Position numbers and translations under genes: made by a program. The notes beneath the pieces were generated by a model that saw only the letters and a list, made by a program, of their open reading frames with translations, was not told the origin of the DNA and made no database searches. A DNA stretch of 64,000 nucleotides from Chloroflexota bacterium. Its GTDB lineage: Bacteria; Chloroflexota; UBA6077; SHYK01. This document shows positions 49,853-59,039 of this stretch, in pieces. Numbering within the stretch: position 1 is the stretch's first letter; each line of letters begins with the position of its first letter. The DNA is taken from the NCBI GenBank assembly GCA_009377635.1, contig WHTR01000001.1, positions 41,257-105,256 of the forward strand, written 5' to 3'.

Positions 49853-50230
49853 ACTATGAACCAGTCCGACTTCCCCTGCCCGTCCATCATCGGCGTACGT
49901 CTCTCGACTTCCCGATGCGACCCGCCGAGCCATCCCCGACGGGTGGACAGGGGACCTCCCAGCTTCTGCGCAAGGTGCTTCCGTGCATGCTCGGGGTCTT
50001 CGACTCCGCAGGGCCCCAGCCCATCTCGCGATACCGATGGGCCAGATGTTGCCTTCCGCCTAACCCGACGGCGTCGGCGCCCCACTCGAGGGACTTTTCG
50101 GAGCTCAATACCCAGCCTGCACGTACCCCTGTCAACGTTTCACCCGCGTCGTTACCGCCGCCGGCGCATGACTCGGAGAACAAGGTGGTTCGCTACTCCT
50201 TCCTTGTGCGAGACTTTCACTCGCTACACC
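49853..50230 (-). mobile_element. 5' segment of host intron 1' including RT start remnant MMDGQGKSDWFIV; 5' boundary uncertain
   Basis: Minus strand ATGATGGACGGGCAGGGGAAGTCGGACTGGTTCATAGT immediately precedes the GTGCGCC 5' end of intron 2. Parallels MHDRGKSDVPVV of intron 1. Confidence 0.4.
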
Positions 50231-50527
50231 CCGCCAGCTTTGCTGGCGCTTTCGAGGACGAGCCCCAGCGCTGTCGCCACGCCCCTGGCGAGCGTCGTCT
50301 TACCCGTTGCCGGGGCGCCCGACACAATGACCAGCATCGGTCGGGATGTCACACCGCCATGGCATTCAGGCATCCGTGACGCCCTACCGGACCCTGGCGT
50401 AGATGGCCGCATCACGTGGTTCCGGGAACCCGCTGAACCGGGCATATCGACGGAAGACGCCCTCGCGGTGCATCCCGGCCTTGACCATCACTCGCCCCGA
50501 CGCAACGTTCTCCAGATCACAGTAGCC

Positions 50528-50737
50528 TCAGACCCGATGCAGTTCCGGCGTGGCCAGTGCCGCGTCGAGCACCGCGCGCAACGCCTCGGTGGCGTAGCCC
50601 TTGCCCCACGCCGCTCGGGCTACGACGAAGCCGATTTCACCTCCGCGGTCTCCCAGCGCGAGCCCCATCATGCCGAGCACGGACGGCGTACCGCTTCCAA
50701 CACGACACAGGTACTCGTTCTCTTCGTTCGTCAGCAC
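50528..50737 (-). pseudogene. chimeric remnant: Rieske oxygenase N-terminus (18 aa) fused to a GNAT acetyltransferase C-terminal fragment
   Basis: MLTNEENEYLCRVGSGTP (cf. ENELLTRVGPGTP) then …GEIGFVVARAAWGKGYATEALRAVLD (GNAT motif A). Confidence 0.35.
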
Positions 50738-50750
50738 GGTTGTCGCTCCG

Positions 50751-52078
50751 CTAACGCTTCACCGGCACCTGGTGGCTGAGCCGTATCTCCGCAGCTTGGG
50801 CTGCGGAATGCATGATCGCGAGGACCACCTCCATTGTCGCCATGCCCCACCAACCGTCATGAAGCGACGGCTTGCGGTCCATGGCGGCGCGGAGCTCGGG
50901 GACCTCGTTGCTGCGGTTGTCGCCCAGGCCAGCAATCAGCTCATCATGGCGACCGTCGTCATCGTAGACGTACAGGCCGCTGGCCGACTGCCGGATCCTG
51001 CCCCGCTCGCAAGCGGCTACCACTATTCCAGCGTCCATTGGCGTCCAGTTCCCATCCCGGTCCGGGAAGCGGCTCTCTCCCCGATCAGAGCCAAACCTGA
51101 GCCGTTCTTTGCCTCCGTACTCGTCCGCGGTTCCAGCCCGCAACGCCTTCCGATACTGCATCGGGCCCTCCGCGGCAGACAGCCGAGCCGGGGTTTCCCC
51201 CCACGGCACCAGCTCCCACCCGGCCATGTAGCCGTATCCGTCATACATGAGCGTGGCTGGAGTGCCGTCCTCGAACTGCAGACATGCGTTGATGTAGCCC
51301 GGACAGGGGCGGCCCGCGAGCGGGAACTCTACTGTGGCGCCCCGCACACTGCGCACCAGCCCACCGCCGAGCAGCCGCAGGACGTCGACTGGGTGAGGCG
51401 CCTGGTTGAACACCGTGCCTCCGCCTTGTGAGACATCCACCTCATGGGGCTCGCGGGGACGCAGGATCCAACCCGTGTATGCCCACGCGGCCAATCCCCC
51501 GAGTCGCCCCAGGCGACCGGAGTCTATGACGCTCCGCATCGCCACGAAGGCAGGGTCGAAGCTGCGGGCGCCTCCGGCGGTGAGCACCACGTTGTTCTTC
51601 GCACAGGCCTCGATCATTCGCTGGCACTCATCGAGCGAAGTCGCCATCGGCTTTTCGACCACGGCGTGCCTACTGGCGCCTGCGATCTGGGCCACGTGCT
51701 CGCAGTGCAGATGGCTGGGGGTGGACACCCATACGGCTTCGACTTCCGGATCCGACAGCAGACCACCCAGGCTGGTGTACGTACGGCCCTCGAACTGGTC
51801 GCGAAACGCCGCTAGAGGTGCGGCCGAAAACGCCTTCTGTCATCCTGAGCGAAGCGAAGGATCTCCCCTTAAGCGTAAATTGGCGGTCACGAGAGATCCT
51901 TCGTCGCTGCGCTCCTCAGGATGACGGGGCTTTGCGGCCGGGGTTCTAGGGCCTGTTCGCGAGGATCGGCGGCCGCCACCAGGTCCACGCCCGGGATGCG
52001 GGCCAGAGAACGAACGATCCCCCCGCCAGCCATGCCCAGGCCTACGATGCCGGCTCTGATACTCGAGCTTTCAGCCAT
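50751..52078 (-). pseudogene. Gfo/Idh/MocA oxidoreductase split by a ~135-bp MITE insertion
   Basis: N-terminal Rossmann part (51887..52078: IRAGIVGLGMAGG…AADPREQAL) and the rest (50751..~51811: AAFRDQFEG…TPSHLHCEHV…) are colinear with 32781..33962 once 51812..51949 is removed. Confidence 0.65.
51812..51949. mobile_element. miniature inverted-repeat element (IS630/Tc1-like MITE) flanked by CTAG
   Basis: CTAG at 51812..51815 and 51946..51949. ~50-bp imperfect terminal inverted repeats (GTCATCCTGAG…GAAGGATCTC). No coding capacity. Confidence 0.55.
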
Positions 52079-52084
52079 CAGCGC

Positions 52085-52366
52085 TCAGCCCTCGCGAGCA
52101 TAGTACTCGATGGTCCTGGAGACTCCCTCCTGGGTTGGAGGCGGGCCTCCCCGGGCCCGATTGCGCTCATCGAGAACTTCCTGGCTCTCCCACAGCTCGA
52201 TCAGTGCCCACCGCTCCGTCTGGCGCACGCTCCGGAACACTTCAAATTGGAGACACCCGGGCTCGTTCTGGACCGACTGCGACCGCTCGGCCAATCGGGA
52301 CACGGACTCGTCGGCCCTGGCGACGCTGTCGGCGGTGAACTGGACCACGACTCGGACCTCTGCCAT
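52085..52366 (-). CDS. antibiotic-biosynthesis-monooxygenase (ABM) domain protein
   Basis: 93 aa; ATG preceded by AAGGAGGG. EPGCLQFEVFRS…ELWESQEVLDEH-like ABM signature. The longer ORF upstream of this ATG is rejected. Confidence 0.7.
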   Translation of the reverse strand: MAEVRVVVQFTADSVARADESVSRLAERSQSVQNEPGCLQFEVFRSVRQTERWALIELWESQEVLDERNRARGGPPPTQEGVSRTIEYYAREG

Positions 52367-52844
52367 GACCACCCTCCTTGCTAGCTGACGGCTGCTCGCT
52401 CCTGGGCATGCACTCCTTGAGGGGACGCCCGGAAGCCAGAGCTGCCAGCTCTCGCCCCCAGATTTTTCTCGAATCAGCACCGTTTTACCAGGGACCGGCC
52501 TCGGCCCGCTCGGAGGTCCACTCCTGGCCATTGCGGATTGATCTGCCTCGGGCCCGCAGGTCAGGCGAGCCACCACAAGGGGCTCGCCCACGCGCACATG
52601 AACACGCCCCTCTACCTAGACTACGATCGGCGAGGGTTCGAGTACCGGGTGATCCCCTTCCAGGTGAATTGCTACGCGTCATCGCATCCCGTAGTTGATC
52701 GCTTAGCAACGCCGCTACTGGTGAAATGCTCCCACCGGTCGCTCACGTGCTGGTAGTCGCAGATCGTGCGTCACGGTCCGTTCCCCATCGTGGCCCAATG
52801 GCACTCTAATGCAGTAACGACCGCGCGGGCGGAAAGTGAGGTCG

Positions 52845-52872
52845 TTTGCGCAGTAGCGTAGCGCACTATAAT
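52845..52872 (+). promoter_or_regulatory. candidate sigma70-like promoter (TTTGCG-16-TATAAT) for the lipoprotein gene
   Basis: -35 TTTGCG at 52845..52850, perfect TATAAT at 52867..52872, 41 nt upstream of ATG 52914. A near-duplicate GCACTCTAATGC box lies at 52801..52812. Confidence 0.25.
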
Positions 52873-52913
52873 GCGACGAGGGCTCTGTGCATCCGGTCCG
52901 AAAGAGCGTGAGC

Positions 52914-53774
52914 ATGGTGAAGCGGGCGGCGGGCGGAATCATCCTCCTTCTCCTCGCGCTCGGCGCCGCTGCCTGCGGGGGGGAGCCCCCAGTCCCAGCG
53001 TTGCCGACCAGCGCTCCCACGCAGATCCCGGCCGGCACGAGCGTGCTCACTCCCACGCCCGGAACGGCGGGGACGCCGGCTGCTGCGCCCGACGCAACTT
53101 CGACCCTCCCGCCCGCGCCGGCGCCCACTGCATCGGTCGGCCCCTCGGAGCCGGAGACCCGGCCCTTCCGCTACCAGGCCCTATGGCCATTTCGAACTGT
53201 GGACCAGGCAGCCGAGTGGCAGCGCAGCTACCGCTCCGGCGGGCACCAGCCATGGCACCTGGACGCCGAGCAGACCGCACTGTCCTTCACGGTCGGGTTC
53301 CTCGGGTTCACGGACATCGACCGCGTGATCTCCAGCTCGATCGTCGGCGACGAGGCGCGCGTGGCCGTCGGCTACCCGACCGAGGGCGGGCAAACAGGCG
53401 TCGCGGCGATGATTCACCTCGTACGCTTCGGATCGGAGGAGGACGCGCCCTGGGAGATCGTGGGCACCGACGACACCTATCTTGAACTAGAGGAGCCGCC
53501 CTACGGCGGGACTGTCTCGTCTCCCGCTACGGTGGGTGGCCACATCACCGGCGTCGACGAGAGCATCCGCATCGAGGTGCGCCAGCCGTCGTCGGAGACC
53601 CCGCTCGGTGAGTCGTGCTGCGTGCCCGGCGGTGGCCAGCGGGAGCCGTGGTCAACGACGGTCTCTTTTCTCGGGGCGACCGATCCTGTGCTGACCATCG
53701 CCGCGTCAACTGGCGGCCACCTCCTGGGAGTGGAGCGCTTCGCCGTCACCGGCGTCCGCCCGGCGACGCGCTGA
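52914..53774 (+). CDS. secreted lipoprotein with Pro/Thr/Ala-rich linker, function unknown
   Basis: MVKRAAGGIILLLLALGAAAC lipobox, then a low-complexity PTPGTAGTPAAAP linker and a ~180-aa C-terminal domain. Confidence 0.55.
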   Translation: MVKRAAGGIILLLLALGAAACGGEPPVPALPTSAPTQIPAGTSVLTPTPGTAGTPAAAPDATSTLPPAPAPTASVGPSEPETRPFRYQALWPFRTVDQAAEWQRSYRSGGHQPWHLDAEQTALSFTVGFLGFTDIDRVISSSIVGDEARVAVGYPTEGGQTGVAAMIHLVRFGSEEDAPWEIVGTDDTYLELEEPPYGGTVSSPATVGGHITGVDESIRIEVRQPSSETPLGESCCVPGGGQREPWSTTVSFLGATDPVLTIAASTGGHLLGVERFAVTGVRPATR

Positions 53775-53835
53775 GGCGGTGGGAGGCTGCCCGGGCGACC
53801 GGTGGCTGGCCGTCTGTTTCAATATGCCGAGTGGA

Positions 53836-53856
53836 CAGGGGGAGTTTCACCCCCGG
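53836..53856. terminator. GC hairpin between convergent genes (possible bidirectional terminator)
   Basis: GGGGG-AGTTTCA-CCCCC at 53838..53854. No U-tract. Confidence 0.2.
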
Positions 53857-53992
53857 CCACTCTGCTTAGTACGCCTTCGCTCTGGCTTTGGCATTCTGAG
53901 CGGCTGCGTCGGCTCCGATCGACGAGGAGGTCCAAGTAGACGGTCATCTCCGCCCCGCCACTCTCCTCCATCGGTTCCTCCGGTGCGGGCAG

Positions 53993-55447
53993 TTATTGAG
54001 GAAGGCGCGAACCCGGCGCACCGGAGCTGGCGGTGAGCAGTCCCAGCTCGGCTCCACCCGGGTTAGTGCCCGGCACTGCCCCGCATAGCGCGCGGGTGGC
54101 CTCGGCCCAGGGCACCTCGTTTGGAGACACGACCTGGACTCCCCGGACCCGGTAAGCGGCCGGCTCGTCGACGCCTGGGGGAATGGCGCCCTGGTCGCGC
54201 AACGCTCTCGCCGCATCGAGGAGCCGCTGCCGCATCCGGACCACAAACAGGTCCGCAGTGCCGAGGTGCTCCCGACTGCGGTCGTAGATCGAGCCCATCG
54301 ACTCCTGCATGGCCGCGTCCTGTGCCCAGAACTCCGGAATGCCGGAGTACGGGCCGCTGCGCTGGAGGTCGCGATCGATCAAGTAGTCGTTCCCCCGCCG
54401 AGCCTGAGGTAACCAGCGACCGCTGGCTGCCGTGGTGGCTGGAAGCAGATGGTCCTCCCCCACCCAGTTGGCTCCAGCCCCGGCCTTGAGGCGTTCCCGC
54501 GCTCGGTCGTCAAAAGGACGGCTGGGATGATAGGAGATCCCGAACACCATCACGGCGTCGTCGTCCATCGGCACCCAGGCGCGGATCGAGCGGGAGGGAT
54601 CAGGCTCGGCGCCCGGGGGCGTGATGGTGTGAAAGGGCATCAGGAAGTGGCTGACCCGATAGTAGTTACGTTCGCTTCCATCGCTGCGCGTGGCGCAACC
54701 CCTGACCCCGTATGGGGTATCGACGAGGGCGTACCGGGGCCTGCGGTCGATGCGCTTGAAGTAGGCCTCCAGTGAACGGTAGGCAGCTGCCTCCCCAACG
54801 GCAGGCGGGGCGTGGTCCGGCACGCGGCTGTGCAGGAACCCAACGTGGCTCTGGTCGATATCGCCTTCCAGGGCCTGGACCCAATTGCAGAACTGGACTC
54901 GTTTCTGGATCAGAATCTGGTCCTCGGGGACCAGTGTGAACTCGAGCTCAGGGAGTGGCGGCAGAGAATTGCCGGGCGAGTCGTCGCCGAGATCGGCATC
55001 AGTCTGGGTTTTCCCCGGGGCCGCCCCGACTTGTCGGCGCCCCATGTAGGTCCAGATAATCCCGCCTCGCTCGCGGCATGGGTAGGCCGTGTGCCGAATC
55101 TTGTCCCTGAAGCTGCTCTCGGGGGGCTCGTTCGGCATGTCGACGCAGCGGCCGTGTACGTCGTATTTCCAGCCGTGGTACACGCAGCGGAGCCCCTCCT
55201 CCTCGTTGCGCCCGAAGAACAGAGAGGCGCCGCGATGCGAGCAATGGTCGCCCAGCATGCCGACGCGTCCGCCGGTGTCACGGAACGCGATCAGATCCTC
55301 GCCGAGCAGTCGCACGCGGACGGGCGCCCCATCGGGTTCGACCTCGGACGAGATCAAGGCCGGGATCCAGTACTGGCGGAGTAGGTCGCCCATCGCGGTT
55401 CCCGGCCCCACGCGGGTGAGCAGCTCGTTGTTTTCCCTCGAAAGCAT
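53993..55447 (-). CDS. Rieske non-heme iron oxygenase alpha subunit
   Basis: MLSRENNELLTRVGPGT…; CSHRG…CVYHGWKY; 484 aa. Confidence 0.85.
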   Translation of the reverse strand: MLSRENNELLTRVGPGTAMGDLLRQYWIPALISSEVEPDGAPVRVRLLGEDLIAFRDTGGRVGMLGDHCSHRGASLFFGRNEEEGLRCVYHGWKYDVHGRCVDMPNEPPESSFRDKIRHTAYPCRERGGIIWTYMGRRQVGAAPGKTQTDADLGDDSPGNSLPPLPELEFTLVPEDQILIQKRVQFCNWVQALEGDIDQSHVGFLHSRVPDHAPPAVGEAAAYRSLEAYFKRIDRRPRYALVDTPYGVRGCATRSDGSERNYYRVSHFLMPFHTITPPGAEPDPSRSIRAWVPMDDDAVMVFGISYHPSRPFDDRARERLKAGAGANWVGEDHLLPATTAASGRWLPQARRGNDYLIDRDLQRSGPYSGIPEFWAQDAAMQESMGSIYDRSREHLGTADLFVVRMRQRLLDAARALRDQGAIPPGVDEPAAYRVRGVQVVSPNEVPWAEATRALCGAVPGTNPGGAELGLLTASSGAPGSRLPQ

Positions 55448-55462
55448 CTGGTGGTTCTCCCT

Positions 55463-56074
55463 TTAATCTATAGCTGCCTCTGGCACCGGGGTCTGGTGCG
55501 AAAGGGAGACCTCGCGGTGCTCATGGGAAGACTGCAGGATCGCCAGGCACACCTCGAGGGTGGCCTTTCCCCAGCGGCCATCCCGGATGACCGGCCGGTC
55601 CTGGTCGATCGCCCCCAGTAGCTCGTCGATGACCTTTCCCTCCCGGTTCTGCAGCGGCACCGGCGCATTGAAGCCGGAAGAGCCGCGGTCAGTCAGCAGG
55701 CGAACGCCGGCCCGATCCGCCGCCTGGATCATGGCGTCACAGACTTCAAGAGTGAGTGCCATCGGCTTCTCGACGATGATGTGCTTGCCACACTCGGCCG
55801 CCATGATCGCGTGCTGGGCGTGCATCTGGTGGGGCGTGGCGATGAAGACCGCATCGACGTTCGGGCTCCCGCACACTCCCTCGGCATCGGGATAGACCTC
55901 GGCCTCGAACTCGACCGCGAACTTTTCGAGGGCCTCGCGCCGCAAGTCGGCGCCCGCGGTGATCCTGACTCGGGGGTGGCCGGCGATCCCCGGCAGCATC
56001 GAGCCCCCGGCTCGCCCGAGCCCGATGACGCCGATCCTGAGGGGTTGCCCCTGGCTCCTTGCGGAAGCTGTCAT
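55463..56074 (-). pseudogene. Gfo/Idh/MocA oxidoreductase paralog with ~200-aa in-frame internal deletion
   Basis: Rossmann N-terminus (IGVIGLGRAGG…HIIVEKPMALT…) joined directly to the C-terminal tail (…RPVIRDGRWGKATLEVCLAILQSS…). Compare the full-length 32781..33962. Confidence 0.55.
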
Positions 56075-56292
56075 GGCCGGGACACGCTATGCTCGATCCC
56101 ACTCGATGATGTTGTAGGTGGCGGCGTTGCGCGCCACCTTGGGGCCAGTGATGCCCTTGAGCATCAGGATGGGCGGCACTTCCCAGTACAGGGGCATGAG
56201 CGCTCTGCCTCTTCTTCCTCGCCGGAACCTATGGAGTCGTGGTCCTTGACCGTGCACCTGAGGGGTTGCCTCGGAGGCATCTGGGTGGCAGC

Positions 56293-56640
56293 CTACTTCC
56301 AGTAGGCGAAGGCCATCCCGCAGCCGGTCCCGCCCAGGGAACGATACGTGGGCACGTAATCGACCAGGGTCATCTGCACGGTCTCCATGGCGCCCGCCTC
56401 GACGATCCAGTTGCGAATCTCCGACGTGCCGTTGACCACCTTGTCCACTGGCAGCGCCCACAGGGGCTCCGGGTCCTTCTCGGTCATCGCATCGATCGTG
56501 ATCCTGTCGATCTCCTCGTCGATCAGCGTGTGGCTCAGTCCGCCGGAGGCCAGGACTGCCACTCGCAGGTCTGAGTCCCAGGCGTCCACGACGCGCCGAA
56601 TCGCCTGCCCGAGCTGGTAGCAGCGCTTCGGTGTCGGGGC
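56293..56640 (-). pseudogene. LigB-type (class III) extradiol dioxygenase, C-terminal fragment
   Basis: …CYQLGQAIRRVVDAWDSDLRVAVLASGGLSHTLIDEE… matches the LigB-family C-terminal half. The N-terminal half cannot fit before the upstream Rieske gene. Confidence 0.45.
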
Positions 56641-56719
56641 GTTGGGCTGTGGGAGGTCCCGATTCCCAGCACGATCCTGGCCACAGGCTTCCTCCTCATC
56701 GGCAGTCGGTCCAATGGTA

Positions 56720-58075
56720 CTACGCGAGATCGGCGGTGACGGCCCGAATGGGGACAATCTCGAAGTCCGGAGAGTCGATCGGCCCGATGCCCCGACTGGC
56801 CGCCTCCTGGCGCAGCCGACGGAGGAGCTCGCGACTCTCGGACGGCATCAGCCGGCCGCCGGCCCGGGCGGCGTCGCGGCCATTCGAGCCGTCGTCGCTA
56901 TCATGGCGTCCATACGCCCGCTCGAGTTGACGTCGGTTGCCGTGGTGCACGCGCTCTCGGGGCAGCTCGATGACTGCGTTCTTGGCAGGATCTCGGAGCA
57001 CGTTCATGGGATCGTCGCCCCGCTCGACCCTTTCGATCTGCTCCTGCAGCACCTGGCGGAACAGGATGATCCCCACGTCCGACTGGCCAAGCCGTTCCAG
57101 ATCCCGCCTAGCGATCTCGCCCTGGGTGACCCAAGCCATGATGTCCTGTCCGTCCACGAAGTTGGTGATAACCTCGCCGTTTTCGTGGCGCCAAGGCATC
57201 TCAATGAACGGCACCGGGTCCTGGGGAGGCACAGGCACGCCCGGACGAGTCGCTGTGTACCAGATATGCCAGGTGTGGGTGTCGTCAATCGGGACCCGGA
57301 TTTGCAACGTGGGATTGCCGAGCATGTAGGGGAAGACGACCGTGTGCCCGACCCGCCAGTCATCGTCGGCCTCACTCCCGCCCTCCTCAATGCGTCGCTT
57401 GAGAATACCGCGCTCCCAGACGTCGAAGCCGATCCTGACGTGGTGACGCCGCCCAGAAGCCGAGGAGGTGCCGTCGAACTCCCGCCCATTCTCGACCGCC
57501 TGGACGTATCCTCCGTAGTAACCGTGCAGCCATTCCACGTGAGTGGCATCGAGCGAGTTCTCCATGGCCTGGAGCCAGTTGATGGGGAGGACGGCGGCGG
57601 CAATCGAGCGAACCGCGTCCTCCCAGACGAACTCGTCATAGCGAGGCAGGAGTGGGGCTGGTGCCGGCCCCAGGTACGCCCAGATGAGACCGCCCATCTC
57701 CTGGACGGGATAGGCCAGGATCTTGACCTTGTCCTTGAAGTTGCTGGCTGGCGGTTCCGCGGGCTGCTCGACGCACTGTCCGGTGGCGTCGTACATCCAT
57801 CCGTGATAGGGACAGCGGAGCCCAGCCTGCTCGGGAATGCCGTAGAAGAGGGAGACCCGTCGGTGGGCGCACGGCTCCTCTAGCAGGCCGAGGCGCCCGG
57901 ACCGGTCCTCGTAGAGCACCAGGTCCTCACCTAGGATGCGCACTCTTTTTGTGGACTGCTGGGTCAGCTCGGCATTCGCGGCGATGGGGTGCCAGTAGCG
58001 GCGCATCAAATCCCCGCAGGAAGTGCCAGGCCCCACCCGGCTCAGCTTCTCGTTCAGCTCCGCGCTCAGCGTCAC
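56720..58075 (-). CDS. Rieske non-heme iron oxygenase alpha subunit (GTG start)
   Basis: VTLSAELNEKLSRVGPGT…; GGGAGGAG RBS; CAHRR…CPYHGWMY; 451 aa. Confidence 0.8.
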   Translation of the reverse strand: MTLSAELNEKLSRVGPGTSCGDLMRRYWHPIAANAELTQQSTKRVRILGEDLVLYEDRSGRLGLLEEPCAHRRVSLFYGIPEQAGLRCPYHGWMYDATGQCVEQPAEPPASNFKDKVKILAYPVQEMGGLIWAYLGPAPAPLLPRYDEFVWEDAVRSIAAAVLPINWLQAMENSLDATHVEWLHGYYGGYVQAVENGREFDGTSSASGRRHHVRIGFDVWERGILKRRIEEGGSEADDDWRVGHTVVFPYMLGNPTLQIRVPIDDTHTWHIWYTATRPGVPVPPQDPVPFIEMPWRHENGEVITNFVDGQDIMAWVTQGEIARRDLERLGQSDVGIILFRQVLQEQIERVERGDDPMNVLRDPAKNAVIELPRERVHHGNRRQLERAYGRHDSDDGSNGRDAARAGGRLMPSESRELLRRLRQEAASRGIGPIDSPDFEIVPIRAVTADLA

Positions 58076-59039
58076 CCTTGCTCCTCCCGACCCCCGCGCG
58101 CTCAGTGTCTGAGCGCTGCATCAGCGCAGACATCGCTGTCGACCTGAAATGGTATTGTAACCGTTCACGCCCTCTATGAAGGCGCCGAATTGAATCGGCG
58201 GGCTGCGACGGGCTGGCGCGCCGGGGCCGGCTGGTATGCGACTTCCTCAAATGATCTCATTACCATCGTCCGTTCATTCCTGCTTCCCACCCAGCAGAGC
58301 GCCAAACACCGCGACGATCGGCAGGATGAATCTCTCCTGTCAATGCGCGCCCGCAATGAGGGCGAGCTGAGCGCCCGATATCTGTCCTAGAGCTCGCCGA
58401 GGTCGATTGTCGCCTGATGGCCACGGAGCATCGTCGGCTGGTAGTAGAGCCGGTAGGTCTTCCCGGCCGGCAGGTCATAGCTGAGTGCGCCGGTGAGCTT
58501 CTCGCCGGCTGGCACGGTGCGGTGTAACGACCGCTACTCGTCGAGTGGAGCGGGTGATGAGACTCGGCGCCACGACAACCTGCTTGGAAGCAAGGTTGTC
58601 ACGGGCGAGTCCCAAGCCAGCAAATCGCCGACTACAATCTTCGGCAGATCAACGTGGCCGCGCTCGGCGATGCCGACAGAGAAGAGCGTGAGGCCGGTTC
58701 GCCGAAGTAGGATGGACGTGTGGCTGGCCCCGCTGGCTTCGGCCAGATCGAGAACGATCTCGGGAAGGCTTTCGGGGAGATCAGCGGTCTCTGAGTGGCT
58801 GCGGACAGTGGGAATCGGAACATCGGGTCGGCCCTGCTGCACGCTGCGGCTCCGGGATCTTGGAGGGCTGGCTTCCAGCGAGGGTCCTGTGGACGACCGG
58901 CGCGTACGGGGACGCTCGCGGTTTCCGCCATCGTCGGCATTAGCGGCCAGAGAGGTGCGACAATGAGCCGCTGGCTGGCCCTTAATTCGTCCGGGTCGCG
59001 AGAGAGTTCCGGGTGACTTCCGAGGTGGCGTGACCGCTG

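Noticed and set aside
49691-50779. 362-aa plus ORF
   Set aside because: It spans the intron 5' segment and the remnant zone. It is Pro/Ser/Arg-rich with no family resemblance. The region is better explained as intron RNA plus gene debris.
52085-52597. 170-aa version of the ABM protein
   Set aside because: The N-terminal 77 residues are low-complexity. The internal ATG with an AAGGAGGG RBS gives the canonical ~95-aa ABM domain.
58380-58520. Short minus-strand frame ending …VPAGEKLTGALSYDLPAGKTYRLYYQPTMLRGHQATIDLGEL
   Set aside because: It is protein-like but only ~44 codons are open before an upstream TAG. It is probably the tail of a lost gene and too short to annotate.
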